Origin: Laetmonice hystrix
Taxonomy: Eukaryota
Length of the DNA stretch: 64,000 nucleotides
NCBI GenBank assembly: GCA_965235115.1
Contig: OZ249437.1
Coordinates: 50,530,001 to 50,594,000 of the forward strand
Direction of reading: 5' to 3'
Positions 52,301-64,000 of the stretch are shown piece by piece. The stretch's first letter is position 1, and each line of letters opens with the position of its first letter. The translations under genes were made by a program, and so were the position numbers. The notes under the pieces are model-generated. The model was not told the DNA's origin and searched no databases. It saw only the letters and a program-made list of their open reading frames with translations.

Positions 52301-55158
52301 CATGTACGTTGGGTTCTGTGGTGGATCTCTAGAGTCTCTATACAACAAACAAGCCATGGCACCAAACAAGACAGTGGCGGATCCATGGGGGGTTAGAGGG
52401 GTTGCCCCCCCCCCCGGCCCAGGCAGCCAATTTATCTTTTTTCTCCATTGAACTTTCTGAATTGACCATGCTAAACCTCCCCTAAACAAATTCTCCCCCT
52501 TAACCCCCCCCCCTTCTGACCACAATTCTGGATAGATCCGCCCCTGCAGGAACACAACCGTGTATAGATCCAACTCATGCACTCACTTAATAACGGTCAT
52601 TCTGCCACATGGGACGTGACAAGACAGACTGAATCACTGAACCACCCACAGACACAATGTACCAAATCTATGTACATTACAAATGTACAGCCTGAAAGAA
52701 GTATTAGTATCGATGCTACACAAATGTAGGCCTACATATTTGAAAATGTATTAGTGCTGTTCCCTTTCAAGTTTGTGCTTTTTAGAATTGTTCACCTGGA
52801 TACCTGGGCCCGGTTTCTTGGTGGAGCTTGAGCTGAAATTCTTAGCTCAAGCTCAAGGATTTGGAGCTTGAGTCAAGGATTCTCGGCTCAAGCTCAAATT
52901 TGGGTTTCACAGTCATGTCCCAGCTCAAGCTCAAGCTCAACGGCCGTCTGACTGTGAAACCCAAATTTGAGCTTGAGCCGAGAATCCTTGGCTCAAGCTC
53001 CAAATCCTTGAGCTTGAGCCAAGAATTTCAGCTCAAGCTCCACCAAGAAACCGGGCCCTGAAAACGGACAATATAGAAACAAAGAGAACGTGTAGTTTCT
53101 GGTTAGCTTCAATGTTTGAAAGGAAGAACATATCGAAATATGTTAGCAATCAGTGAATGTGAACAGCACCTCTATAAGAAAACAATAGGAAATCAAGTCA
53201 GGCCTTGAAAAAGTTCACATACTCGTCGGACCATTTGCCGGTCCACTCCTGCGTGCCCCAGGGGTTACTGAGTCGGAGGAGGCGGAGTCGGTCCATACCC
53301 ACCGCCGCCTTCATTCCCTTGTTAACCCTGATGTCCCGTACGTTCGTCACACCATACCCGTGCCCTTTGATCAAACCTTCGTCAGCATCCGACCCGATCT
53401 CCTCTCGGCTACACTGAACCAGAAATAGACCGATAAGACATTCTGAAGAACTAGCAGTGAAAACACACAACTTAATGGACTATACCTATTTGAACTTGTA
53501 GATCTACAGTTTCTTGGTAGTATTGCCTCGAATATCAAGGACATCAGTATTGGTATATGACATGACTGCACAGATCGCTTTGACAAGTTTGAGCTAAGAC
53601 AATGTCATATAGGGATGGTAGGCATGTACTTGTTCTTAAACGAAACAAAAAAGGTATCATAGCAAGACTTACACTGATGTTACAAATGATCATGGCCTTG
53701 TTTTCAGACGCAGAATGCAATTCCCAGAAAAGGCTGTCAGCAACATCCGGATCATCGAGATGATAATCAATGAGGTCCAACTTTTCGGCCACCCCTCCAC
53801 TAAAGTCAACTAAAGCTTCGGCGGCGTGTCCGGTCATGAGGGTCTCGTAGTCGCCGTACAACCTGACAGAGACCGAGGGAAGGACTTTTATAGAAAGTGA
53901 GACACATCAACGGGGCCGTTCTCGGCTTCAGAGGAAATAATCGATGATGATCGACCTTTGGGAAGTGGCCGCTCTTCATAACTAATGGACCAACAGCCCT
54001 TACTTGGGAATCTCCTCAGAACGCATGAATGCAATTTGTTGGTTGTCTGAAGGCCAAATTATAATGCAGTGGCGCAGAAAAGGGGGGAAAGTATGTTCCC
54101 CCCCCCCCCCAAGATTTAGCTCTTGGGCCGTGTAATAACAATGGGTACATTTGCATACATTTTCCGAACATAATAGAACTGGAGAGTAATGTAAGCATAT
54201 TCCTATCCTGTTAATCTGTTTTGATCACCATTTTTTGCTGTGAAGCTTGGTGTTATTGTAAGCTTGGTGTAGTGATACGTGTATGGTAGGCCTATGTATT
54301 GTGCATACTTTGCATAGGCTTTCTCCAGAAGGGCGCTCCAGAACTCGTTCCTTGATTTGGAGTGACAGAAAACGAGCTTGCCGTTTTTCGTGGGTAGCAT
54401 GTCATCGACAACAACATCGACCCATTCACCGAAACGCCAGAATTGAAAGTGAAAGATGCCAGCATATGGATTTTCTACGCCCCATTCCTGTTCCTTCTGA
54501 TTGGGGATAACCTGTTTGAAACCAAAATTGAAACGACATGCTCATCTAAACGCCTCTATGGGGAACAACCAAATACGGAATGCAGGAAAAAACTTTTTTA
54601 TAACTTTGTTGTTGTTGTTGTGTAGCGGTCCTCATTTATAGTTATATGCTGAGATATGTACCTTCGCAAAGAGTTTGGGTTCGATAGCGAGGCAGGAGCA
54701 TGCGCTGACGAACCACATGTTGCCGAGTTCTCCCTCGTTGAGGTCATCACAGGTGGCGCCATCTACGACCAACCTGGGCACCTTGCACAGTTCCTGCAAC
54801 ATCCGACTCCATTTATAAGCATATGTTATGAGGCAGGTGTATTGTGTGTCGTTCAAGAAACTATTATGCAATTTAGGCCCTATAACATAAACACACATCC
54901 AGAGATGGGGCGTAGGCATTGAACGTCTAGATCTCAGGCCAGGCATATTGGCCTAGTAGTGCAAATCTTTAAGTTGCAAGGGCAAAGTGCATTTCCAGTT
55001 ACCTTTGGGCGTTTCCATTCTATGTCCTTGTCTATCCGACTAAAGAACAAGGACTTGTGAGTTGGAGGGAATTCAGGGTCGACGAAAAGTTCCCCTTTCT
55101 TGAGTAAACTTTTCTTGGTGCTGTTGTACTTTTGCCCCTTGAATGACGTTCCAAACAT
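49368..55158 (-). CDS. CAPN5: Calpain-5/6 (TRA-3)-like protein with CysPc, domain III and C2 domains, 635 aa; catalytic Cys replaced by Met
   Basis: Exons on minus: 55158-55003, 54793-54662, 54511-54309, 53862-53673, 53413-53223, 51506-51429, 51270-51072, 50802-50680, 50460-50148, 49930-49794, 49553-49368. GT-AG introns with compatible phases, 1908 nt. Motifs: [92 protein letters not shown]-terminal C2 (KCEG..DEFLGQ) and no penta-EF hand. An in-frame TGA lies 2 codons before the ATG, and AATAAA lies about 40 nt after the stop. Confidence 0.95.
51964..52064 (-). pseudogene. Divergent duplicate of the 3' half of calpain exon 5, inside intron 5
   Basis: Reads [33 protein letters not shown]-ga|gtaag versus exon 5 [32 protein letters not shown]-ga|gtatg, with the same phase-2 donor position. 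Confidence 0.7.
52372..52546. mobile_element. MITE of the CAGTGGCGGATCC family
   Basis: TIRs cagtggcggatc / gatccgcccctg. Confidence 0.7.
52807..53057. mobile_element. Near-perfect palindromic PIF/Harbinger-like MITE
   Basis: ggcccggtttcttggtggagcttgagc ... gctcaagctccaccaagaaaccgggcc with TSD CTG on both sides. Arms of about 110 bp are built from gagcttgagc/gctcaagctc motifs. Confidence 0.9.
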
Positions 55159-56380
55159 TGTTCAAATTCTCTGGAAAAAGAACGAACAGGCAAATGTATA
55201 TCTTTTGATTTCGACATTTTCTCAATTAAGCCCTATCTACATTGAATTATGATGATTGCTCCTTTCGAAAATCCTATACGTCCATACCTGAGTCGGAATG
55301 GCGCTGGCCCAATCAACCTGAACAATACATCACATCACAATAGGGACGCTGGATAGCATTGGCAGCGGTATGCTTCAACCCTCTTGTTTCGATTTGCATG
55401 GGTGGTTGAACGATCAATAGATTAATCAATACAACTAACGTACTTGTTTTGTATAGCGAAAGATCTGTCTGGCTTCTTACTGGACAAATTGGTGCATTGT
55501 GAAGACATTTACCAAATGTATTGGATAAGATACGCTTCAAGAGAGTAAGCGTCTTTGAGATACTTGATGTTTATCCATAATAGAACTCGTGATGTAGGGC
55601 GTGCACGCGTGCGTCTGTACGAACGCTGTAGTATAGGCTCGTACGTCCATAGGAGCCTGTACATCTATAAGTCATTATACGTATACTAACCAAATCAACA
55701 GACGGCGTGAAACTATCGTGGTAGTGGACATGATGAAATCGTATGGGACCATGCCCATACGATTAGGTTTTAGGTGCAGGTTTCGTCGCCGACAAAAAAA
55801 TCGGCTTATAGTGGACACCCGGCTTTTAGTCACAGATTAACGGGTAGGCTATCTATAGATCTATAAGGCGGGTAAATCATAAACCCATGGAAATGAGGCC
55901 ACTTGTTAATACAACTTGATACAACCTGTTGATTGGTAATCCTTCGAGTAATTCTGCAAGGTAATTCTGGGTAAGAAGATCAGTGATACATTATACATTT
56001 ACTTCTATATGCTAGGGAAAAAGGTGATTGGATATTTATAATAGCCGTATACATTAACAATTAGGCCTGTACGCTAGCTGTTAAAATGATGCATACATTG
56101 CAAAACCGCATGTCCTGATCCATGTTTAAAAGTAAACTTCTCTGGGAGTTAACTGTGTTAATGATGTAGTATATAGATATTACATGTATGATGCCTTCTA
56201 TGGGGATAAGCCTACCGGTCTGGATAGGCCTACCGGTTTGGATGTTCATCGACGGAACGTACAGCGATCTTGGGGTGCGAGTCAAACATGTCATCATAAC
56301 AGTATGCATATTGGATTATTTATACAGTATATCCCTATGTCCCCGGCCAACGATGGTATCAATAAAATATAAAAGTCAGT

Positions 56381-56514
56381 CAGTGACAGATCCAGGGGGC
56401 TATGGGAGCTACAGCTCCCTAAAATCTTGATGTTATAAAGTGGCATGTATGGGGGGATTTACTGGTTGTACACACCTGTTAGTCACACCTAATAATTTCC
56501 TGCATCCACCACTG
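56381..56514. mobile_element. Degenerate CAGTGGCGGATCC-family MITE
   Basis: cagtgacagatccaggggg ... tgcatccaccactg. Confidence 0.55.
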
Positions 56515-56534
56515 CTTGTATTGCGGTATTTTAA

Positions 56535-57062
56535 AGGGGCATATTATGAGGAAACGTTAAAAATCGGTATTTTATAGAACTTTTGCTGTTTGCATAAAGA
56601 GATCCTTCATTAAAATTGCTTGGTAAACAAAGACAGACTTATCAGTTTCATTTTGCGTGAGAAATCGAAGTTTATTAAGCTCCCTTGCCCGCTTCTCTGC
56701 CGATTTCGTAAAATATTTTTTGGGTGGCATTCTGATGTCGGATGATCGAGTGCAACTGCTGAATTGTTTACAACTAAGTGAAGCACGTGACTAAGCACAT
56801 GCAGAGAGTGGACACACAGGATGTGACAGAGTATGCAATTACACGGGTTGATGGGAGGTTGTCCGCCAAATTATGGCGGGAGATGTGCTATCGGGAGAAA
56901 TTCTATAGGTTTGGTCGTATAGAACCTACTTGTGCTGCATACGCAGCGAAAGCACGTCGGAGGACAAAATGCTGTGGTAGGATTATTTACTTGGATCCTA
57001 GTACACGGTCATGTTGGATAATTGCCGGAAATCCTCAAAAACGTGTTTCATAGTATGCCCCT
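56535..57062. mobile_element. Kolobok-like non-autonomous element
   Basis: TTAA|aggggcatattatga ... tcatagtatgcccct|TTAA, i.e. TIRs plus a TTAA target duplication. Confidence 0.8.
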
Positions 57063-58364
57063 TTAATTCATTAAGAGAAAAGCTTTTTAAGGAGCATTTT
57101 GCTATTGCTATATTGTAGGCCTAGATCTATGTGCCTCCATAGGATCACAGCTTGGTACCAAGAAGTTTCATGCATTGATTATAATGCCAATATGGTGGTT
57201 GTCATGCACGTCAGCATTATTTCCATTGCCACAGCTATACAGAAAACATAATATTTAATCAAGGCAGGATGTCTTTATATATATATTTTTAAATAATCCT
57301 CGGGAAATATTGGATAAAGGCCTATATATGTCGCCGTTCATTTTGAACGTTTAAAATGATGAAAACGTCACCCATGCATGGCTATTTTCACGATACCTGT
57401 TTGAAATGGCTGTTTATACGGGAGTGCATTGATTATATTGGAATGCCATGACATTCTGCCATCAACACCCAAGCTGCAACAAACCATATAGTAGCAGGCC
57501 CAATAGCTACACTAAAGGTGGACAGAATATTATGGATCCTAATTGCTCTCTTAGCATTCTAATAAGGCTCAGATCAATCTCGAATCTAATGGTGACCCTT
57601 ATCAAACTAATTACAAAGTATATATGCCCTGGGCCTATAGAGCAAGGCCTTTTGACCGAAGATAAAATAAAGGGAACTGACGTTTTACCTGTAATCGTCC
57701 CATACACGGTTGAAAATATCCTGTTTGAATGTCGGCTGGTGTCGGGGGTCTGATGGTGTGGGGTTAACCTTGGGTACATCCACCCACGGTTCTTACAGTC
57801 GGTGTGGCGGCGCTGGCAAGGTGTGACAATCCTGTTGGTGTCCCAGTGTTGATGTCGCTGCCGTTGGATACGGGACGCCCAGAGCGGGACGATGGCTGTG
57901 GTGCCTGCGAGTTCGCACCGTGGTCGTCACCTGTCCGTCGGTCCGGACGCCGTGCTCAGCCGATAACGTGCAGCAGGTTCGCCGACACCAAACCCTGGCA
58001 ACATGACGCGGTTTGCACAGACGGGCCGCCATCGACGTCTCTCTGTCGGGAATATACGATTTCTGAGGGATTGGGCCAGGGAGCCTATACGGCAGAAGAA
58101 ACCACAGAAATGCTATTAACGTGAGGTAGCACTCCTCCCCTCCAACCGCACCAGTGGAATAACATTTTCACCATTTTGGTGTTGATTAAAAACGCAAGCT
58201 TCGCAGCTGCTTGAAGATAACCCTGCTGCGCGTCACGCAATCAGGAGGAACCACTCCAACTGAAGCTTTGTATCGTGATACTGGCTGGCATACCCACAAT
58301 TAAACCGTTGTAGAAAAAAAAATGTCACACTTACCGCTCCTCAGTCAAGTTTTCCTTTATGTCC

Positions 58365-58793
58365 AAATACCACCCGGTGTCACTTAACGTGAAAAGGTAC
58401 CTATCAAACGACCATCTACTAATACCAAATACCACCCGGTGTCACCTAACGTGAAAAGGTACCTATCAAACGACCATCTAGTAATACCAAATACCACCCG
58501 GTGTCACTTAACGTGAAAAGGTACCTATCAAACAGCCATCTACTAATACCAAATACCACCCGGTGTCACCTAACGTGAAAAGGTACCTATCAAACGACCA
58601 TCTAGTAATACCAAATACCACCCGGTGTCACTTAACGTGAAAAGGTACCTATCAAACGACCATCTAGTAATACCAAATACCACCCGGTGTCACTTAACGT
58701 GAAAAGGTACCTATCAAACGACCATCTAGTAATACCAAATACCACCCGGTGTCACTTAACGTGAAAAGGTACCTATCAAACAGCCATCTACTA
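58365..58793. repeat. 62-bp minisatellite (7 units)
   Basis: Unit aaataccacccggtgtcacttaacgtgaaaaggtacctatcaaacgaccatctagtaatacc, starting at 58365, 58427 and so on. Confidence 0.97.
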
Positions 58794-60960
58794 ACACTAA
58801 TCTCATTTCGCAATTAAAAATAGGAATATAAAGAAAAGAATTAACTGAAACACTTTGCCCATCTTTACACATGTTTATTTTTTCACCAGTGTGGTCTGAT
58901 ATATTATTAAGTAATGATCAAGTCATTCTCACTATAATGGATATGAGATGCATAGTTCGTGAAATGATGTCTCAGTACCTGGAAATAGTTTTCTCAGACC
59001 CACAAAGAAATAGAAATTAGTAGACTGTAGCAGCGGCAGCAGTAGCAGCAAACTGTACAAAATATTCGTGAGACACATCACATCCAACATTCAACAAATA
59101 CATCTGAAACTCGAACACAATACTGCGTGGTTTACTCCGACAGGCCTACAGTTGGGATGACATACACAGAACAAAAGCAACGTCATCGCCTTCATAACTT
59201 ATTTATCCGATGGAAAACTGATGTTTCTTTATCTGGCTTCTGGAGTGTAAATACATGTAAATACCTCATCATCACGGTCACTGATATACTTTGCCCACGC
59301 CCTGTACGAAAGATATACGACACAACGAGCTGTGCAATATGTCCCCCATATTGTAAACCATTCTATCATTCACAATAGCTCTCTCTTCATGATTTCAGTG
59401 AAATCTGTCCGCACGCTAACCAGACATAACATCTAATCAGAGTCGCTGATGAGAAAAGCACTGACGAGACCACGAACCATTAAACATTTTCGGTTGTTAA
59501 TTTATCTACCTTTTCTTCACGTCCTTCACACACTAGCGTTCTCTCTCTCTTATCACACACGATCCTTTCGATCTGCTATAAGTCGTAAAAATTTACAAAG
59601 TGCTATAATATTATGTCGTAAAACATTAAAACACATGCGATTTACAAAAAGATGCACTGATGACATCCACAACTCGACAGGTGACAACAAATGAACATCA
59701 TGTAATGAGAAACTTTCAATAGGGTCCCTAATGACTGCAGACACTGGGATCTGTACACATCAAGAACAGCATAACAATAACACGTGAGGAAGGAGGGACA
59801 ATCAGAATAGCAACGACACCATAGCCCATACCTGGACAAGGAAACTAATGGTAACCCTGATCTAACCACCCTACCGAACCTCTCAACGCGGGCACGTCGT
59901 CAGACATTGGCTCATACGAACCCCTTCCCCCTCCCCCGCCTCCTGGCGACAATCAAAGTGATGTACAGGAGCCTGAGGCCAGCCACTTTAGTCAGAATAT
60001 TCCCCATGCTTAAAACGATCAGTCCGAGCCAGGAATAACAATTTATGGGTGGTAACACTAATCAAGAGGTATCGATGAATCTTTTACTTCCAAAAGCGAG
60101 TCTGAAGTAAGGAAAGTTATAAGCCTTCAATATCAAGCCTCCTAATAATGCTTCCATTCTTAATAATGCTTATAACATTTTGGAGACGCAGCCTTCCTTA
60201 ATCAATCTACATACGAAGAACTAAGTAGATGAGGGATAGTATGATAATTTATGCTCCACCCAAAACAAAAAAATAAATTAAGAGTCAGTCTTGCCAGCAT
60301 TTTCCTTCACCATTTTCTTCAAACCCTCTGATGTATTCGAATGATATTTGCACACGAAGCTTGACCCTGCAGCTGTAACAGCGCACGACATTTCAAATAT
60401 TTATTCTTCCCGGACCCATCCTTTAAGCGGACATTCCCAGCAACATTCGCAAGGGCTCTGCAATGAATGATCAATGCCATGTTTAAAATCTACAACTAGG
60501 AACATCCACAGTATATACGGTACTGGTATATGCACTGTTCACATCTGGATCTATGATGACTGTTACAAAGCTCAGAGACCTAGAACACATCTAGCACAGA
60601 GCAGTGAATCACGCACGGTAAACAGATAACAAATCTACGACAGATATCATGATTAGACTCACTCTACAACCCTACTGCTATTATACACCTCTTGTACATA
60701 GTTATGAACTTCTTCGCAATGTTTGTATCTCATCTCTGTATCTTGTATACTAAAGTTTCAAAGACCTTCACATGGTAGGCATACAGTAAAAATGATTTTT
60801 ATTTAGACATTTTTTCACGTTTTTAGTGTGTTGGACCCTGTCAAAGTAACTAGTTACCACTGCACAGGCACTAGCGCCTACCACCAAAATGTTGGGTTCT
60901 GTATATACTTACACATACTATTACTCTAACAACATTCATTTCTATTAAAATCGGGTTATT

Positions 60961-61112
60961 CCCCCATGGTAACTTCCCCACAACATTTTTGGGCAGGGGT
61001 TCGGGTTAAGGTCAGGGACAGGGATATGTTTTTGGGAGGTGTAGGGATAAGGTCAGGGCTATGGATCTTTACTTTCGACCAAATTTTCTGGGTTTTAAGT
61101 TACCACGGGGGC
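60961..61112. mobile_element. Small TIR element
   Basis: cccccatggtaactt ... aagttaccacggggg, with internal gggttaaggtcaggg-like repeats. Confidence 0.55.
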
Positions 61113-62636
61113 CGTATCTAAAATCTTCTACAGGCATACGGATGTAGTGTTGGAAACTTTTCCTATAAAGTTATAGGATAAATTAGTTATGGCATTACGA
61201 TCGCAGGGGTAGCGCCAAATAAAACCTAGAAATGACGAAAAAATAAGAAGATGAACCCGATAACTTCAGACTTTTCATAATAATTTCATCTGATAGGAAA
61301 CAAAATTACGCAGGGTACGGATAGACCTAAAATTCATTCTGTATACTAGAAGCAGAACTTTCTGTTCTTGGCTTTATCTTCATATTTACACATTCCGGTA
61401 CAAGTCTCCAGATCTGATTTAACTCTTGTCACAAACCCACTGTATCATAACGGTCAAAATATCTCCTATTCTGTAATGCAGACTATGATAAGTTAACCCC
61501 TTCTATTTCTTTTTACTTTCTACGCTGCATTTAGTCCCTTACTAACATCACTTATGAACATTCATACAACGGAAGCTCATCAAAGAAGCTTGTTGTACGT
61601 CTTATGTAAGTTAAGAGGTTGCAGATTCAAACACCTAATGAAAGCAACGTCCATTAAAATAACCGCTGTATGAAACCACGAGACAACGCTTCATACTCTC
61701 TGGGCTGCTTGTCACACCGCCCTTTGGAATGTAATGTAGAGCTCTGTCTTTCACCAAGAAACCCGCAGCAGTTGCTGCACCAGTACAAGTTCCAACCCTA
61801 ACCAAACAATGGCGCACCACAACAGGTGTGGCCGATCACGGGAGGCGACCCACCGGCCGACATAGACTCTGTTCTTCACCTCACAACCACCGACAGCTTC
61901 TAATGTGGTGTGTGCAAAATACTCACACTTGGAACAGAAATCAGCAGCACGTTATAAATGACTGACTCAATCAACAGAATGACGGGAATAAATGAAACAG
62001 CGATGACATCAGAGATATCTGAGCGAGAGAATGGAAGTGCAGTTTGAGGCAGCAAGACGATTACTGAGTAGCAATATTCCAATGTACAATTCTACTTACT
62101 GAGGTCAAGACTTTTACACTTAGCGACAACGATCATTTACTCTAAACAACGGCAAAACCTTACAAAAGTCGTAATAAAAGAATTAGCAGGCCTTTCGAAC
62201 TAGGACCTCATATCTAAATCAAATTAAGGGACATTCAGTTGAATATTTCTGTACGACGTTATTTGGAGTCTTGTATTTGACTGAGAATACACTGAAGAGC
62301 ATTAGTGTGTATCAGTGTCGGCAGACAACTCTACGATTGGACCACAGAGTGGGAACCTGCCATCCACTTCCAGATATACCCTCTCACACTCTACCTCAGA
62401 CTTATACATAATATTATATACACCCTAACTATGGCCACATCATGCTTCCGATGTGCTGTGATAAAAAACAGTTGTCCAAACAGCGTGTCAGTAAGCCTGT
62501 GTGTGAATTATTATGACTGGATACAAAAATACATCTTCTCTTGATACAATAAGCTAAAAACGGAAGATATTCTGACGCTGTCAATTAATACATTGCAAAA
62601 CTACTTGTTGCTGGTATTCAGAGCCTTGCTTGGATC

Positions 62637-62740
62637 GAAATGTTTCGATTGTTGTTCAATGCGCATACACTATACAAACACTGCTAGTGAAATGTTGCGA
62701 TTGTTGTTCAACGCACATACACTAAACAAACACTGCTAGT
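62637..62740. repeat. Two-copy tandem duplication of about 52 bp
   Basis: aaatgtt(t/g)cgattgttgttcaa...cactgctagt occurs twice. Confidence 0.8.
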
Positions 62741-64000
62741 TTTCTCTTTTAATGGAAAGAATACTTTTCTGCAGCAACTTTAAAGAAATTTAATATTTTA
62801 ACCGTTTCATTTCGAAATGGGCCACCACAAGCCTGACTTCAAGCGCATCATTCTAGGTAAAAGTATCCTTTCAAATACATGTACCAGTTTGGCTATTCTA
62901 GAATATGTTCTGCACTATTCCATCGAAAACTGAAATTTCAGAGTATCATGGTCTCAGCGGCAGTTTTGTGCCGCGAGTCGCGCTTTTCTATCACTGACCC
63001 GTCTAACATATAATGTAATAACCAATGAACACCATATATGGTCCTCTTAACTCTAGTCACACTCCATGGATAAATACCACAAATGCGATTTCCACCCACT
63101 ACATTAAGTTGTTATACGATAATATCATGAATACCGAACCCTCTCTTCCATGTACGTGTACATCTCGACTACTTCAACCTCCGTATTCTGCTCCCTCGTC
63201 AACACAATTTGTGACGTCTTCTGGTTACACCATTTACACTTACAATTGTCCACAGATATAACAGCAAAACCTAATATCTTGGTCTTGGGTTACATGTCCA
63301 AACAAAGCCAGTTTTATTATTATAAATTATAGGTTCCTAGGGGAGACGACTGGTCACATTCACTGTGTATAAATAAATAGGATGAACGAACCATTTATCT
63401 CCTTGGCATGACCAGAATGTCAGACGAGTCTGTATAAAAGTACAAAAACATGCTTTCTCAACTCGCTGGTTCCGTATGATGTTTCGACACTAACTTCACG
63501 CTTCACGTAGCCAGAAGTAAACCCGATATCGGTTAGCTACGACAAGCTGCTACTTCACTCTCAGCCAGTAAAAGGTCATTTTGCTAACTCTTACTGTAGC
63601 ACCTTTGATGAGGAGTTTTTGATCACATTTCACATCCAGTTTATGGACTACCTCTGTCGTTTGCATCATCTAAAAAAACACAAGATTACTGACGATTTTT
63701 GGATAAAGGTTGACATACAAACGATTGACTCTCTGTAGGTCTTCATTGTTTATGATCTTGTGTCGAAATATTTCTTAATAACAAGAATGACCTGGTGGGT
63801 TTGTAGATTACGACAACATTTCCTCGTTTTCGTATCGACGACTCTATTCTTCTCACAAAACATTTTCTCCACATGGCACTTTGGCGATTTCAAGTAAATG
63901 TAATTCGTATTTTGTTGTCAAAAGTAGCTGTGTTTTTTTCTGTGTCACTGAACTGTGGAGTTTCTAAGACATTTGTCTGGAAAGGGTTTGCTAGTCAGAC

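Noticed and set aside
58365-58793. Regularly spaced repeats (also 1201-1428, 13161-13650, 22205-23190) as a possible CRISPR array
   Set aside because: Units are contiguous with no unique spacers, there are no cas genes, and the context is eukaryotic.
59446-59495. CTGATGAG and CTGACGAG close together, hammerhead-like
   Set aside because: The downstream core is GAAC rather than GAAA, and no convincing stems I-III are present.
60278-63669. Exon-like minus-strand segments 63669-63595 (MMQTTEVVHKLDVKCDQKLLIKGAT), 62063-61927 (hydrophobic) and 60372-60278 (SFVCKY...stop)
   Set aside because: Individual splice sites look good, but the phases do not chain and no family is recognisable. RNA-seq is needed; they could belong to a gene starting beyond the window.

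Overview
Intron-rich eukaryotic genomic DNA from an invertebrate animal. A marine deuterostome such as an echinoderm is my guess, from the pervasive TAGGCCTA and TACATGTA palindromes and the GC-rich CAGTGGCGGATCC MITE families; this is inference only. Three spliced protein-coding genes could be rebuilt by hand with GT-AG introns and consistent phases, all on the minus strand: an ELOVL2/5-like PUFA elongase (6 coding exons, 315 aa), DMAP1 (12 coding exons, 477 aa) and a calpain-5/6 (TRA-3)-like gene (11 coding exons, 635 aa). The calpain has Met in place of the catalytic Cys and carries a second, divergent copy of its catalytic-Asn exon in intron 5. The rest of the window is non-autonomous DNA transposons (Harbinger-, Kolobok-, Tc1/pogo-like and fold-back MITEs), minisatellites of 28, 37, 50 and 62 bp, a 3-kb inverted composite directly upstream of the elongase promoter, and a 360-bp tandem array with a tRNA-type Pol III A/B box in each unit. 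No rRNA, true tRNA or CRISPR array was found. Most ORFs in the supplied track are spurious or are intron read-throughs of real exons.
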